Shown: piece by piece, positions 9,090 through 18,336 of the stretch
Numbering within the stretch: the stretch's first letter is position 1
How the letters are laid out: each line of letters begins with the position of its first letter
Source of the DNA: an uncultured bacterium
GTDB lineage: Bacteria; Abyssobacteria; SURF-5
Length of the DNA: 58,106 nt
NCBI GenBank assembly: GCA_964607485.1
Contig: CAZSKP010000007.1
Span: 1 to 58,106, forward strand
Reading direction: 5' to 3'
Translations under genes and position numbers: made by a program
The notes under the pieces: model-generated
What the model was told of the DNA's origin: nothing
Database searches by the model: none
What the model saw: only the letters and a program-made list of their open reading frames with translations

Positions 9090-12000
9090 ATGAGCGATAA
9101 CGAGGCTCGGAACGAACACGCGACACCGAAGATAACGTTCCTCGGCAAAATTGTCGAGAAATTCCTCACCAGCAACCTGTCCATCATCCTCATAATAATT
9201 TCCATCGCAGCCGGCGTCGCCGCGCTGATGGTGACTCCCCGCGAGGAAGAGCCGCAGATAGTCGTGCCGCTCGCCGACGTGTACGTCCACTTCCCCGGCG
9301 CAAGCGCGGAAGAGGTGGAGCAGCTCGTATCGACCCGTCTCGAAAAACTGCTGTGGCAAATCGACGGCGTCGAATACGTCTATTCGATGTCCTCCGCCGA
9401 CATGGCTATCGTCACCGTCCGCTTTTTCGTGGGTGAGGACCGCGAGGACAGCCTCATCAAGCTCTACAACAAAATCCAGCAGAACATCGACCTCGTCCCG
9501 CCTGGCGTGACCGGCTGGGTGGTGAAGCCGGTCGAGATCGACGACGTGCCTATCGTGATGCTCACCTTCTACGGCGAGAACGCCTCCGACTACGACCTGC
9601 GCCGCGTGGCCGAGGAAGTGATAGACCGGCTGCAGGGAGTGAAGAACACGGCGCGGACATTCATCGTCGGAGGGCGGGAGAGGCAGGTACGAGTCAACCT
9701 GGACGTGGAGAAACTGGCCGCGCGCGGGCTGACTCCGCTCGAGATGGTACATTCGCTCCGCGCCGCGAACGTTACGCTTTCGGCCGGCTCCTTCAGTCAG
9801 AACGACAAAGAGGACGTCGTTCGGGGAGGAATATTCCTCACCTCCGTCGGGGACGTCGAGGAACTCGTCGTCGGCGCGTATGGGGGGCGGCCGGTGTACC
9901 TGAGAGACGTGGCGGAGATTATCGACGGTCCCGCCGAAGCGACGACGTACACGAGGATCGCTTTCGGTCCCAGTGCCGAGCAGAAGGGAATAGAAAAGAA
10001 GCTTCGGTCCTCGTCGTTCCCCGCCGTCACGCTCGCCATCGCGAAGAGGCGCGGCACCAACGCCGTCTGGGTCGCCGATGAGATTCTGAAGCGCATTGAA
10101 GAGATGAAGGGCACGGTGATACCCGACGACATCCGCGTGCTCGTCACGCGCAACTACGGAGAAACCGCCAACGACAAGGTGAACGAGCTCGTCGAAGGGC
10201 TGGCCGTCGCAATCGTCACGGTCATTGCGCTCATCGGGCTGATACTGGGCTGGCGCGAGGCGATCATCATCGCGCTGGCCGTTCCGATAACCTTCTCGCT
10301 GACGCTGCTGTTCAACTATCTGTTCGGGTACACGATAAATCGGGTCACGCTCTTCGCGCTGACGCTCTCGCTGGGCCTCGTCGTGGACGACCCGATTGTC
10401 GATGTCGAGAACGTATATCGCTATTTCAAGATGCGCCTGTATCCGCCGATGGAGTCGGTGGTGGTGGCGGTGAACGAGGTGAGGCCGCCGATAATCATGG
10501 CCACGCTGACCGTGATCGTGTCGTTTCTGCCGATGTTCTTCATCACGGGCATGATGGGGCCGTACATGCGGCCCATGGCGCTGAACGTGCCGCTGGCAAT
10601 GCTGATGTCGATGCTCGTCGCGTTCACCATCACCCCATGGACGGCGCTGCACGTGCTGAAGGGCGAATACGGAAAGGTGGAAGAGGAGCCGTTCGAGATA
10701 CACAAGAGCGGCCTGTACCGGCTCTACAGCGCCGTCGTTGGGCCGTTTCTCCGGTCGCGCGCGCTGAGCTGGGCATCCATGGGGGTCATCGTGCTCCTGC
10801 TGCTTCTGTCGGCTTCGCTCGCGCTGCTCGGGAAGGTGCCGCTCAAGATGCTCCCGTTCGACAACAAGAACGAATTGCAGTTGGTCATCGACATGCCCGA
10901 GGGCGCGACCCTGGAGGAGACGGACAGGGTCACAAGAGAGTTCGGACACTACCTGCGCTCGGTTCCCGAGGTGACGGATTTCGAAAGCTACGTCGGGACC
11001 GCATCTCCGATGGATTTCAACGGGATGGTGCGGCACTACTATCTCCGCCGCAAACCCAACCTGGCAGACATCCGAATCAATCTCGTCCACAAGAAGAGAC
11101 GCAAACAGCAGAGCCACGAGATCGCGCTCAGGCTGAGGAACGACCTGCAGGAAATCGCCGAGCGCAACGACGCCCGGCTGAAAATTGTCGAGGTGCCGCC
11201 CGGCCCGCCGGTGATTGCGACGCTCGTGGCCGAGGTGTACGCCGAGCCCTCCTTCTCTTACGCCGAGATCATCGATGCGGCCGAAGTCGTCCGTAAACGG
11301 ATGGCGCAGGAGTATCGGGTCGTGGACGTGGACGATACCGTCGAGGCCGACCAGACGCGGTTCACATTCGTTCTGGACAAAGAGAAGGCCAGCCTCAACG
11401 GCGTCACGACCGCCGAGGTTGCGGAGACGATCCGCCTCGCTCTTGAAGGGGAGGCGTCGGGAACGGTGCACATTCCGGCGGAACGAAACCCGCTGTTGAT
11501 TGTTCTCAGGCTTCCGAGGGCCGCCAGGTCGGGCATCGAGCAACTGGGCCGGCTGTACGTCAAGGGGGCGACGGGCAACCTGGTGCAGATAAGCGGGCTC
11601 GGCCGCTTTGTCGAGGACACGATCGACAAGACGATATATCACAAGAACCTGTCGCGGGTGTCGTACGTGTTCGGCGAGGTGGCCGGTCGAAGCCCCGCCG
11701 AGGCGATACTGAGCCTTGAGTCTCACTTCAAGGAGAATCCGTTGCCCAAAGGTTTCAGAATCGTGTGGAGCGGCGAGGGCGAGTGGAAGATCACCGTCGA
11801 TGTGTTCCGCGACCTCGGCATCGCGTTCGGCACGGCGCTGTTGGGCATCTACATCCTTCTCGTCATGCAAACGCATTCGTTCTCGATGCCGCTCATCATA
11901 ATGATGGCCATTCCGCTGACGCTTATCGGCATCATGCCCGGCTTCTGGCTGTTGAACGCGCTGACGGGTGGAGACATCGGCGGATACGGAAATCCCGTCT

Positions 12001-12323
12001 TCTTCACTGCGACGGCGATGATAGGCATGATAGCGCTGGCGGGCATCGTGGTGAGGAATTCGATCATTCTCATAGATTTCGTTCACGGCTCGCTCGCAGC
12101 GGGCAAGCCGCTCCGCGAGGCGCTGCTCGAGTCGGGCGCGGTGCGTTTCCGCCCGATACTCCTGACTGCGGGCACCACGCTTCTGGGCAACGTCGTGATA
12201 ACGCTCGACCCGATTTTCAGCGGACTCGCATGGGCGATCATCTTCGGCATCTTCGCCTCCACATCGTTCACCCTGTTCGTCATCCCGGTCGTGTACAACC
12301 TGATTTACGGCCGCGGCGATTGA
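9090..12323 (+). CDS. RND efflux transporter permease (AcrB/AcrD/AcrF family)
   Basis: 1077 aa, PREEEPQIVVP, GLVVDDPIVDVEN, RFRPILLT. Confidence 0.96.
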   Translation: MSDNEARNEHATPKITFLGKIVEKFLTSNLSIILIIISIAAGVAALMVTPREEEPQIVVPLADVYVHFPGASAEEVEQLVSTRLEKLLWQIDGVEYVYSMSSADMAIVTVRFFVGEDREDSLIKLYNKIQQNIDLVPPGVTGWVVKPVEIDDVPIVMLTFYGENASDYDLRRVAEEVIDRLQGVKNTARTFIVGGRERQVRVNLDVEKLAARGLTPLEMVHSLRAANVTLSAGSFSQNDKEDVVRGGIFLTSVGDVEELVVGAYGGRPVYLRDVAEIIDGPAEATTYTRIAFGPSAEQKGIEKKLRSSSFPAVTLAIAKRRGTNAVWVADEILKRIEEMKGTVIPDDIRVLVTRNYGETANDKVNELVEGLAVAIVTVIALIGLILGWREAIIIALAVPITFSLTLLFNYLFGYTINRVTLFALTLSLGLVVDDPIVDVENVYRYFKMRLYPPMESVVVAVNEVRPPIIMATLTVIVSFLPMFFITGMMGPYMRPMALNVPLAMLMSMLVAFTITPWTALHVLKGEYGKVEEEPFEIHKSGLYRLYSAVVGPFLRSRALSWASMGVIVLLLLLSASLALLGKVPLKMLPFDNKNELQLVIDMPEGATLEETDRVTREFGHYLRSVPEVTDFESYVGTASPMDFNGMVRHYYLRRKPNLADIRINLVHKKRRKQQSHEIALRLRNDLQEIAERNDARLKIVEVPPGPPVIATLVAEVYAEPSFSYAEIIDAAEVVRKRMAQEYRVVDVDDTVEADQTRFTFVLDKEKASLNGVTTAEVAETIRLALEGEASGTVHIPAERNPLLIVLRLPRAARSGIEQLGRLYVKGATGNLVQISGLGRFVEDTIDKTIYHKNLSRVSYVFGEVAGRSPAEAILSLESHFKENPLPKGFRIVWSGEGEWKITVDVFRDLGIAFGTALLGIYILLVMQTHSFSMPLIIMMAIPLTLIGIMPGFWLLNALTGGDIGGYGNPVFFTATAMIGMIALAGIVVRNSIILIDFVHGSLAAGKPLREALLESGAVRFRPILLTAGTTLLGNVVITLDPIFSGLAWAIIFGIFASTSFTLFVIPVVYNLIYGRGD

Positions 12324-12349
12324 CATCCGTTCCAACATTGGGGTAAAAT
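12320..12349 (+). promoter_or_regulatory. Putative sigma70 promoter of glpAB
   Basis: TTGACA (overlapping the RND stop codon), 18 bp, TAAAAT. Confidence 0.5.
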
Positions 12350-12392
12350 CTAAGCGCGGGAACCGCCCCATCCGGTTCTCGGACCGAAGGAT

Positions 12393-14051
12393 ATGCCACA
12401 CTATGATGTGCTCATAATAGGGGGGGGAATCAACGGGTCGGGCATCGCGCGCGACTGCGCTATGCGCGGCCTGAAGACGATTCTCGTTGAAAAAAAAGAT
12501 TTCGCGGCCGGCGCCACGGGCACGTGCAGCGGGATGATTCACGGCGGGCCGCGCTATCTGGAATACAACATAGAGACCACCCGCACCTCCTGCCTCGACT
12601 CGGGCTACATTCAGAAGATCGCCCCGTTCCTCCTGTTTCGGATTCCGTTCATCTTTCCCGTCCTCAAGGGCGACAAGTACAATATCGAACTGATCGAGAC
12701 TTTCATGGAGGCCTACGACCGGTTCGTCGCGCTCAAGAACGGCCGTCCGCACACCCGGCTCACGCGCGCCGACGCGCTCAAGCTCGAGCCCGGTCTCACG
12801 GACCGGATAGTGGGCGGTGTGACGATGGACGAGTGGGGTTGCAGCCCGTTTCGTCTCTCGATTCTCAACGTGCTTTCCGCGCACCGGTACGGAGCCGAGA
12901 TTCGGAATCATACCGAGGCCGAAAAGCTGCTGCTCGACGAGAACCGGCAGGTGGTGGGAGCCAGGCTCAGGAACACGCTGACGGGCGAACACGAGGAGGT
13001 TCGCGCTCGGATTGTGTTCAACGCGGGCGGCCCGTGGTCGCCGAAGGTAGCGCGTTTGGCGGGCGCAAACGTGAAGATTCGCCCCGCGAAGGGAGTGCAC
13101 CTGGTGTTCGACCGCAGGCTGTCGAACGTCGCGATAACGGCGGAAACGGTTGACGGCAGGAGCATCTTCGTGCTCCCCTACGAAAACACGTCGCTCGTCG
13201 GAACGACCGACGACGATTATTACGGCGACCTGGACAATGTCACCGCCACACGCGACGAGATACAGTATCTCCTCCAGGGCATCGAGCGCGTGTTTCCCTC
13301 CATCCGGAACGAGCGGATAATCCGCGTGTTTGCCGGAGTGCGGCCGACGCTGTATGAATGGCGGAAGAATGAGGACGAGCTGTCGCGCGAGCACAGAGTG
13401 TTCGACCACGAACAGGCCGACGGCATCAAGGGCCTGCTCTCGATTGCGGGAGGTAAGCTGGCCAGCTATCGGCTGATGTCGGAGCACGCGACCGACGTGA
13501 TCTGCCAGAAACTGGGGATAAAGGAGAAATGTCGCACGCAGGTCGAACCCCTGCCGGGCGGTGACGGAGACGTGAATATTCAGGAGGCCGCCCGCGAATA
13601 CGGTGTGCCGGCATTCATCATCCAGCGCCTGTACCAGCGTTACGGCACGATGTATGCCAAGATAATGGCTACCGAGCCGCAGGGCTCGGCCAAGTCGATA
13701 GTGTGCCAGTGCGAATCGGTCACCGAGGCGGAGATCAGGCACGTGATTCGTCACGAGTGGGCGCGCACGCTCGACGACGTTCGCCGGAGAACGAGGCTGG
13801 GCGCGGGGCCGTGTCAGGGGTGCCGCTGCACTCTGGCCGCCGCGTGCATTCTCGCGGAGGAACTGCACCTGAACCCCGACGACCTGACATCGGTCGCGAT
13901 GGAGTTTCTGCAGGAGCGGTGGAAGGGGAAGCTCCCCATCCTTTCCGGACGTCAGTTGGCTCAGGAGGAAATCAGCCGGGCCGCCCACTTCCTTTCGGCG
14001 AACCTTCACGAAATGATCGCAGCGGAAAGGTACACCGCCCATGGAGGCTGA
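12393..14051 (+). CDS. glpA: Anaerobic glycerol-3-phosphate dehydrogenase subunit A (FAD; C-terminal BFD-like 2Fe-2S)
   Basis: GGGINGSGIARDCAMRG, SGMIHGGPRY, AGGKLASYRLMSE, VCQCE...RRRTRLGAGPCQGCRC. Confidence 0.92.
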   Translation: MPHYDVLIIGGGINGSGIARDCAMRGLKTILVEKKDFAAGATGTCSGMIHGGPRYLEYNIETTRTSCLDSGYIQKIAPFLLFRIPFIFPVLKGDKYNIELIETFMEAYDRFVALKNGRPHTRLTRADALKLEPGLTDRIVGGVTMDEWGCSPFRLSILNVLSAHRYGAEIRNHTEAEKLLLDENRQVVGARLRNTLTGEHEEVRARIVFNAGGPWSPKVARLAGANVKIRPAKGVHLVFDRRLSNVAITAETVDGRSIFVLPYENTSLVGTTDDDYYGDLDNVTATRDEIQYLLQGIERVFPSIRNERIIRVFAGVRPTLYEWRKNEDELSREHRVFDHEQADGIKGLLSIAGGKLASYRLMSEHATDVICQKLGIKEKCRTQVEPLPGGDGDVNIQEAAREYGVPAFIIQRLYQRYGTMYAKIMATEPQGSAKSIVCQCESVTEAEIRHVIRHEWARTLDDVRRRTRLGAGPCQGCRCTLAAACILAEELHLNPDDLTSVAMEFLQERWKGKLPILSGRQLAQEEISRAAHFLSANLHEMIAAERYTAHGG

Positions 14052-15366
14052 CGTCGTCGTCATCGGCGGAGGCATGGCGGGCGCGATTGCCGCGCTCAGA
14101 GCGGCCGCGCTGGGGGCCGATGTCCTGCTCATACGCAAGGGTCACGGCTCCAGCGCGATGTCCTCGGGCACGATAGACATCGCGGGACCCAAGAATTTTC
14201 ATCCGCTGGACTCATGGGACTCGGTGCCGACGATAGCCGACAGGCTCAAGGAAATTCTCCGCGCCAATCCTCTCCATCCCTATTCAATCATCGCAGGGGG
14301 ACGCGACGGGCTGGAGCGGCTGCGCTCGCACCTGCGCGAGGCGTGCGACTTCATGGTGGAGAAGGTCCCTCTGCTGGGGCTCGAGGGTTCGCACGAGCGG
14401 AACCTTGCGTTGGCAAGCGTGCTGGGAACGGTCAAGTTCTCCGCCTTCGCCTCCCGCTCGCTGGTCGGAGGAGACCTTTCCGGGATGCGCGACGCCCATT
14501 TGCTGCTGGTCGGCGTGAGCGGACTGCTGCTCTTCCAGCCGCAGATCTGCAAGCAGGCTCTGAGCAGATACTCCTCGCTCCACTCGCCGCGTGCCATAGC
14601 TCGAATAGATACGCTCGAGGCCAATATTCCCCGCTCGGTTGACGCTCTGCCGTCGGCGCCGTTTGAGATAGCGCACCACCTCGACAACCCCTCCGTCGCG
14701 GAAGAGCTCGCGAAGGCGCTCGGCGGGAAGCTCCCGTCGGGAACCACCCACATCGGCTTTCCTCCCGTTCTGGGACTGAACAATCATTCCGAAACATACA
14801 AGATCTTCCGTCGCGAGCTGGAGCCGACGGTGTTCGAGCTGATATCACCAAACTTCTCGGTGCCCGGATACCGGTTGCAGCTATCGCTCGAGGCGGCCTT
14901 GAGGGAAAGTCCCGTGCGCGTGGTAACCGCCGAGGTTGTGGACGCCAAGCGCGACGGCCGCAAGGTGCGAAACCTCCTGCTTGGCGATGCGAAGTCGAAA
15001 CGAACGGCGACAGCGAGAAATTACGTTATTGCAACAGGAAAATTCAGTTCGGGAGGTCTCGTCGCCGATGATTTCCCGAAGGAGCCGATATTCGGGCTGC
15101 CCCTTTTTTCTCGCGACAGGCGCGTCGATAACAAATTCGTTCAGGACTTATTCGCCTGGAATGTTGAGGAAAAACAGCTTTTCCTGTCCTGCGGCATTCA
15201 CATCGACGGCTCGCTCCGCCCTCTCGACCCGTTCGGTGAACCCGCGTATGAGAACCTTTTTGCCGCCGGCTCCATCATTGGAGAATACGATTTTGTCACT
15301 GAAAAATGTGGCATGGGAATTGCGACAGTTACCGGTTATATTGCAGGCGGAAACGGGGCGGCATAA
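14041..15366 (+). CDS. glpB: Anaerobic glycerol-3-phosphate dehydrogenase subunit B
   Basis: GGGMAG, SSAMSSGTID, PPVLG, SVPGYRL, ATGKFSSGGL, NLFAAGS; overlaps the glpA stop. Confidence 0.88.
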   Translation: MEADVVVIGGGMAGAIAALRAAALGADVLLIRKGHGSSAMSSGTIDIAGPKNFHPLDSWDSVPTIADRLKEILRANPLHPYSIIAGGRDGLERLRSHLREACDFMVEKVPLLGLEGSHERNLALASVLGTVKFSAFASRSLVGGDLSGMRDAHLLLVGVSGLLLFQPQICKQALSRYSSLHSPRAIARIDTLEANIPRSVDALPSAPFEIAHHLDNPSVAEELAKALGGKLPSGTTHIGFPPVLGLNNHSETYKIFRRELEPTVFELISPNFSVPGYRLQLSLEAALRESPVRVVTAEVVDAKRDGRKVRNLLLGDAKSKRTATARNYVIATGKFSSGGLVADDFPKEPIFGLPLFSRDRRVDNKFVQDLFAWNVEEKQLFLSCGIHIDGSLRPLDPFGEPAYENLFAAGSIIGEYDFVTEKCGMGIATVTGYIAGGNGAA

Positions 15367-15497
15367 ATGCAAGCAAGGCGTCGGCATTGAGCGCCGTTGC
15401 GGCAGTCGGCCGGGTCGCTGCGGGCTCATTGCGCCCGTGTAGTATTTGTGGAAAAACGAGTAAAGCACTTAACTCCTTATCTGTTAACGCTTTTTGC

Positions 15498-15526
15498 TTG
15501 CAAAATCAAATCGGCTGTGGTAAGAT
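15498..15526 (+). promoter_or_regulatory. Putative sigma70 promoter (extended -10) for the VWA/FHA gene
   Basis: TTGCAA, 17 bp ending TGG, TAAGAT. Confidence 0.55.
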
Positions 15527-15704
15527 ATGGGAGTAAGAAAGTTCCCCTTTTACAAAGAGGTTCTTTTCGGAGAAGAAATTTGAAGGTATGAGTGTGTGAG
15601 GAAGGCTCGCGGCGGCTGTGTGCCGAAAATACGGAACTGAAACCCGAGATGAGGCACAGGCGCCACCCATCCCGCAAGCACGGCAAATGAGGGGAAGAGC
15701 GATT

Positions 15705-18182
15705 ATGAAAAAGGAAACGGCTCTGGGGCAAATAGTTGCGGCACTCGCCGTTGTGATGCTTATCTCAACGTTCGTGTGCCTCTCGCCAAAGACAGCGCTT
15801 GCCGATTCCGAAAAAGATTACGTGATCGTCATAGATGTTTCCACCAGCATGCAGGACATTTTCGAAGAGGTCAAGCAGCTTACGAAACGGACGCTCAGTC
15901 AGGCAAAGGTGGGCGACAACGTCGCGATCATCACCTTCGGCGATCGTGCCACGCTGATCAGTCGGAAACAGATTCGAAGCAAGGCCGACATCGAGGACCT
16001 GCAGAAACAGGTGGACGAACTGTATCCCACCGACTATTCCACGTACATCAATCGCGGGTTGGAAAAAGGGCTTTCCGAACTGCAGTACCTGTTCGAGAAG
16101 TATCCCAACCGTCAGCGTGTCCTGTTGTGGCTGAGCGACGACAAGGATAATCCGCCCGAGCAACTGGGCGGAGACTTCCTGACGCTGGACAAGCTTCGTG
16201 ACGAGAACAAGACGTTCGAGCCCTCGAGGGAGTGGTTTACATACAACGCTCCACTGAGCGAAGTAAGGAACGCAGCCCTGGAGGATTTCGTCACCTGGGC
16301 GCGTCGCACGACGTTCCGTGTCGCCGTCAAGGAGAGCGACGTGGACCTCGGATCCTTCGAGACGGGAAACGTCAAGAAGAAGGTCGTGTTGACATTCGAG
16401 CCCAAACATCCCGGCTCGGCCGGGCTGGAATTCGCCGCCGGAGCGCGGCTGATTGATCCTAAAGATCCGTCCCACAAACTTCCCGTGTCGCTTTCCCCGC
16501 AGCGCCTTGTCGCCTCCGGTCATTCGTGGGAGCAGGAGTTTCAGGTCGCCTTCGCGGGCGAGCCGGGCGAATACAAAGGCGAGCTTTCATTCGAATCGCT
16601 TTCGGGTCCTGCTCTGGACGTGGAGCCCCGTACGGTCGCCTTCACGGCCATGATAGTCCCGCCCAAGCCGGTGGTTGTGAAGCCGGCTCCTAAGGTCGAG
16701 GAACCGGGAGCGGGGGGATTGCTGGCCGATGCGAAGAAGAAGGGACTCATCGCAACGGAAGACCGTCCGCCCGGGCTCACGCGGCCGGAAAAGCCCCTGG
16801 AGTTCGGGCCGCTCGAACCCGGAAAGAAGGACAGCAAGATAATCACGCTGTTCCTGAACAAGGAAGCCGATCCCAAGAGCATCGGTCAAGACCTTTCTAT
16901 TCAACTCCCCCAAGGGATAGACGTGAATAGCAAGGTGTTCGGAAGCGGCACAAAGCTGGCCGCCGAGATAACCGTCTCCGTCAAGCCGGACGCACAAGTC
17001 TCCGAGGAGCTGCTCCAGAGCGCTTACGAGGGGAGCATCCGGTTCAAGTCCGGCGAGACAGGCGTGGAGGTGCTGCCTCTCTATATGCCGATACGGGTGA
17101 CCTTGAGCACCGACAAAGTTCGCTGGGGGAAGAAGCTGCTGCCGGGAGCCGGCGTGGGACAAGTCGAAGCGAGACGCATGACGTTCGAAGAGCTGACCAA
17201 AGAGCTCGAAGCGAGGGAAAAGGGTGCGACCGGGAGCAGCAGTCCGATAGTCTCGGCATTGCGGAGCACGTATTCCAAGATACGGTCGCGCTACGTCCTC
17301 TTCCCGGTTCTGGGAGCGATGGTTGTGTTGCTTATCGTCCTCGTGTACAGAATGAGGCCGGCAAGCGAGCTGTTCGTCGGCGAGTTGGTCGTGATCAAAG
17401 ACCCGAGCGATTCGAAGCTGAAAAACATAAATCTCAAACGCGTGGGCTCACTCCACGCCAAAGACACGCTCACGCTGGGGACCTCGCCCAAGGCCGACAT
17501 TCGCCTGAGCCACGGGTCGGTCGCTCCGATACATTGCAGGCTTTCGGCGAAAACAAATGAAAATCAGACCGAGATAACGATTCACCCCATTAAGGGGTGC
17601 CCCCTCAGGGTCAACGATGTCGAACGTTTGGAAAAGACGCGCCTCTCCGACAAAGACCTTGTTGGAATCGGCGATTTTATCCTCCTGTTCTCCAATCCGG
17701 AAACGCAAAAAGAGGTTGTCGTTCATTTCCTCGACGGCCGCACGATGAGGGGAGCGCCGGTGACATGGGACATCGGGGCGCCGTCATTCGAGCTGCTCCG
17801 AACCGATGTCGCGGGCGCCGAGGAAACAACTGAAGAGATCGCCGTCGTGAATTTCACCGACCTCAAGGCGGTGTTCTTCATGCAGGATGCCTCGGGCAAA
17901 CAGGGCATACCCAGGGACAGGATAAGAATGGGCGAGCTGCTCGAGGTCACGTTCTTCGACGGCGAGAGGATCGAGGGCCATCCGCTCAGCGACTATTCCG
18001 ACGTTGCCGCCAGGTTCTATCTCGTGCCCAGGGAGATGCCCAGCATCATCTCGGTTCTGGTGGAGCGCAACAGCGTGAAGGAAACGGAACGACGAGAAGT
18101 ACGGGGAGAACCGGAGGCGGCTCGGCCTGCCGGGCTTTTCGGGTTCCTCCGGAGGCGCAAGGGCGCCGCGTCGGCCGAATAA
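15705..18182 (+). CDS. Single-pass membrane protein: signal peptide, VWA (MIDAS), two Ig-like domains, TM, degenerate FHA, DUF6982-like C-terminus
   Basis: Signal ending TALA; VIVIDVSTSM MIDAS plus LSDD; TM YVLFPVLGAMVVLLIVLVY; FHA-like TLGTSPKADIRL...LSDKDLVGIGDF; VVVHFLDGR...LKAVFF...VTFFDGE...FYLVP. Confidence 0.85.
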   Translation: MKKETALGQIVAALAVVMLISTFVCLSPKTALADSEKDYVIVIDVSTSMQDIFEEVKQLTKRTLSQAKVGDNVAIITFGDRATLISRKQIRSKADIEDLQKQVDELYPTDYSTYINRGLEKGLSELQYLFEKYPNRQRVLLWLSDDKDNPPEQLGGDFLTLDKLRDENKTFEPSREWFTYNAPLSEVRNAALEDFVTWARRTTFRVAVKESDVDLGSFETGNVKKKVVLTFEPKHPGSAGLEFAAGARLIDPKDPSHKLPVSLSPQRLVASGHSWEQEFQVAFAGEPGEYKGELSFESLSGPALDVEPRTVAFTAMIVPPKPVVVKPAPKVEEPGAGGLLADAKKKGLIATEDRPPGLTRPEKPLEFGPLEPGKKDSKIITLFLNKEADPKSIGQDLSIQLPQGIDVNSKVFGSGTKLAAEITVSVKPDAQVSEELLQSAYEGSIRFKSGETGVEVLPLYMPIRVTLSTDKVRWGKKLLPGAGVGQVEARRMTFEELTKELEAREKGATGSSSPIVSALRSTYSKIRSRYVLFPVLGAMVVLLIVLVYRMRPASELFVGELVVIKDPSDSKLKNINLKRVGSLHAKDTLTLGTSPKADIRLSHGSVAPIHCRLSAKTNENQTEITIHPIKGCPLRVNDVERLEKTRLSDKDLVGIGDFILLFSNPETQKEVVVHFLDGRTMRGAPVTWDIGAPSFELLRTDVAGAEETTEEIAVVNFTDLKAVFFMQDASGKQGIPRDRIRMGELLEVTFFDGERIEGHPLSDYSDVAARFYLVPREMPSIISVLVERNSVKETERREVRGEPEAARPAGLFGFLRRRKGAASAE

Positions 18183-18191
18183 GAACTTGTT

Positions 18192-18232
18192 CGCCCCACG
18201 CTCAGGCATCGAAAGCGTGGGGCGTTTTGTTT
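18192..18232 (+). terminator. Rho-independent terminator
   Basis: CGCCCCACGCT / AGCGTGGGGCG stem followed by TTTTGTTT. Confidence 0.8.
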
Positions 18233-18281
18233 GTTCGAATTCCTCTACGGTTCTTGCCGGCTTCCCTTTTCCCACGCACAA

Positions 18282-18310
18282 TTGACTTAAGAGGAGAGCT
18301 ATCCTATAAT
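18282..18310 (+). promoter_or_regulatory. Sigma70 promoter of the lipoprotein gene
   Basis: TTGACT, 17 bp, TATAAT. Confidence 0.75.
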
Positions 18311-18336
18311 CTCTCAAAGAATCGAGGTGAGTCCTT

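Noticed and set aside
8661-14138. 1825-aa minus-strand ORF
   Set aside because: Antisense shadow of the RND and glpA genes. High-GC codon bias removes stops, and it has no recognisable motifs.
15550-15665. Lysine or glycine riboswitch (AGAGG, ATGAGT, AAGG, TGCCGAA words)
   Set aside because: Spacing and 3' conserved elements do not fit either consensus and the downstream gene is unrelated. Kept only as an unassigned structured leader.
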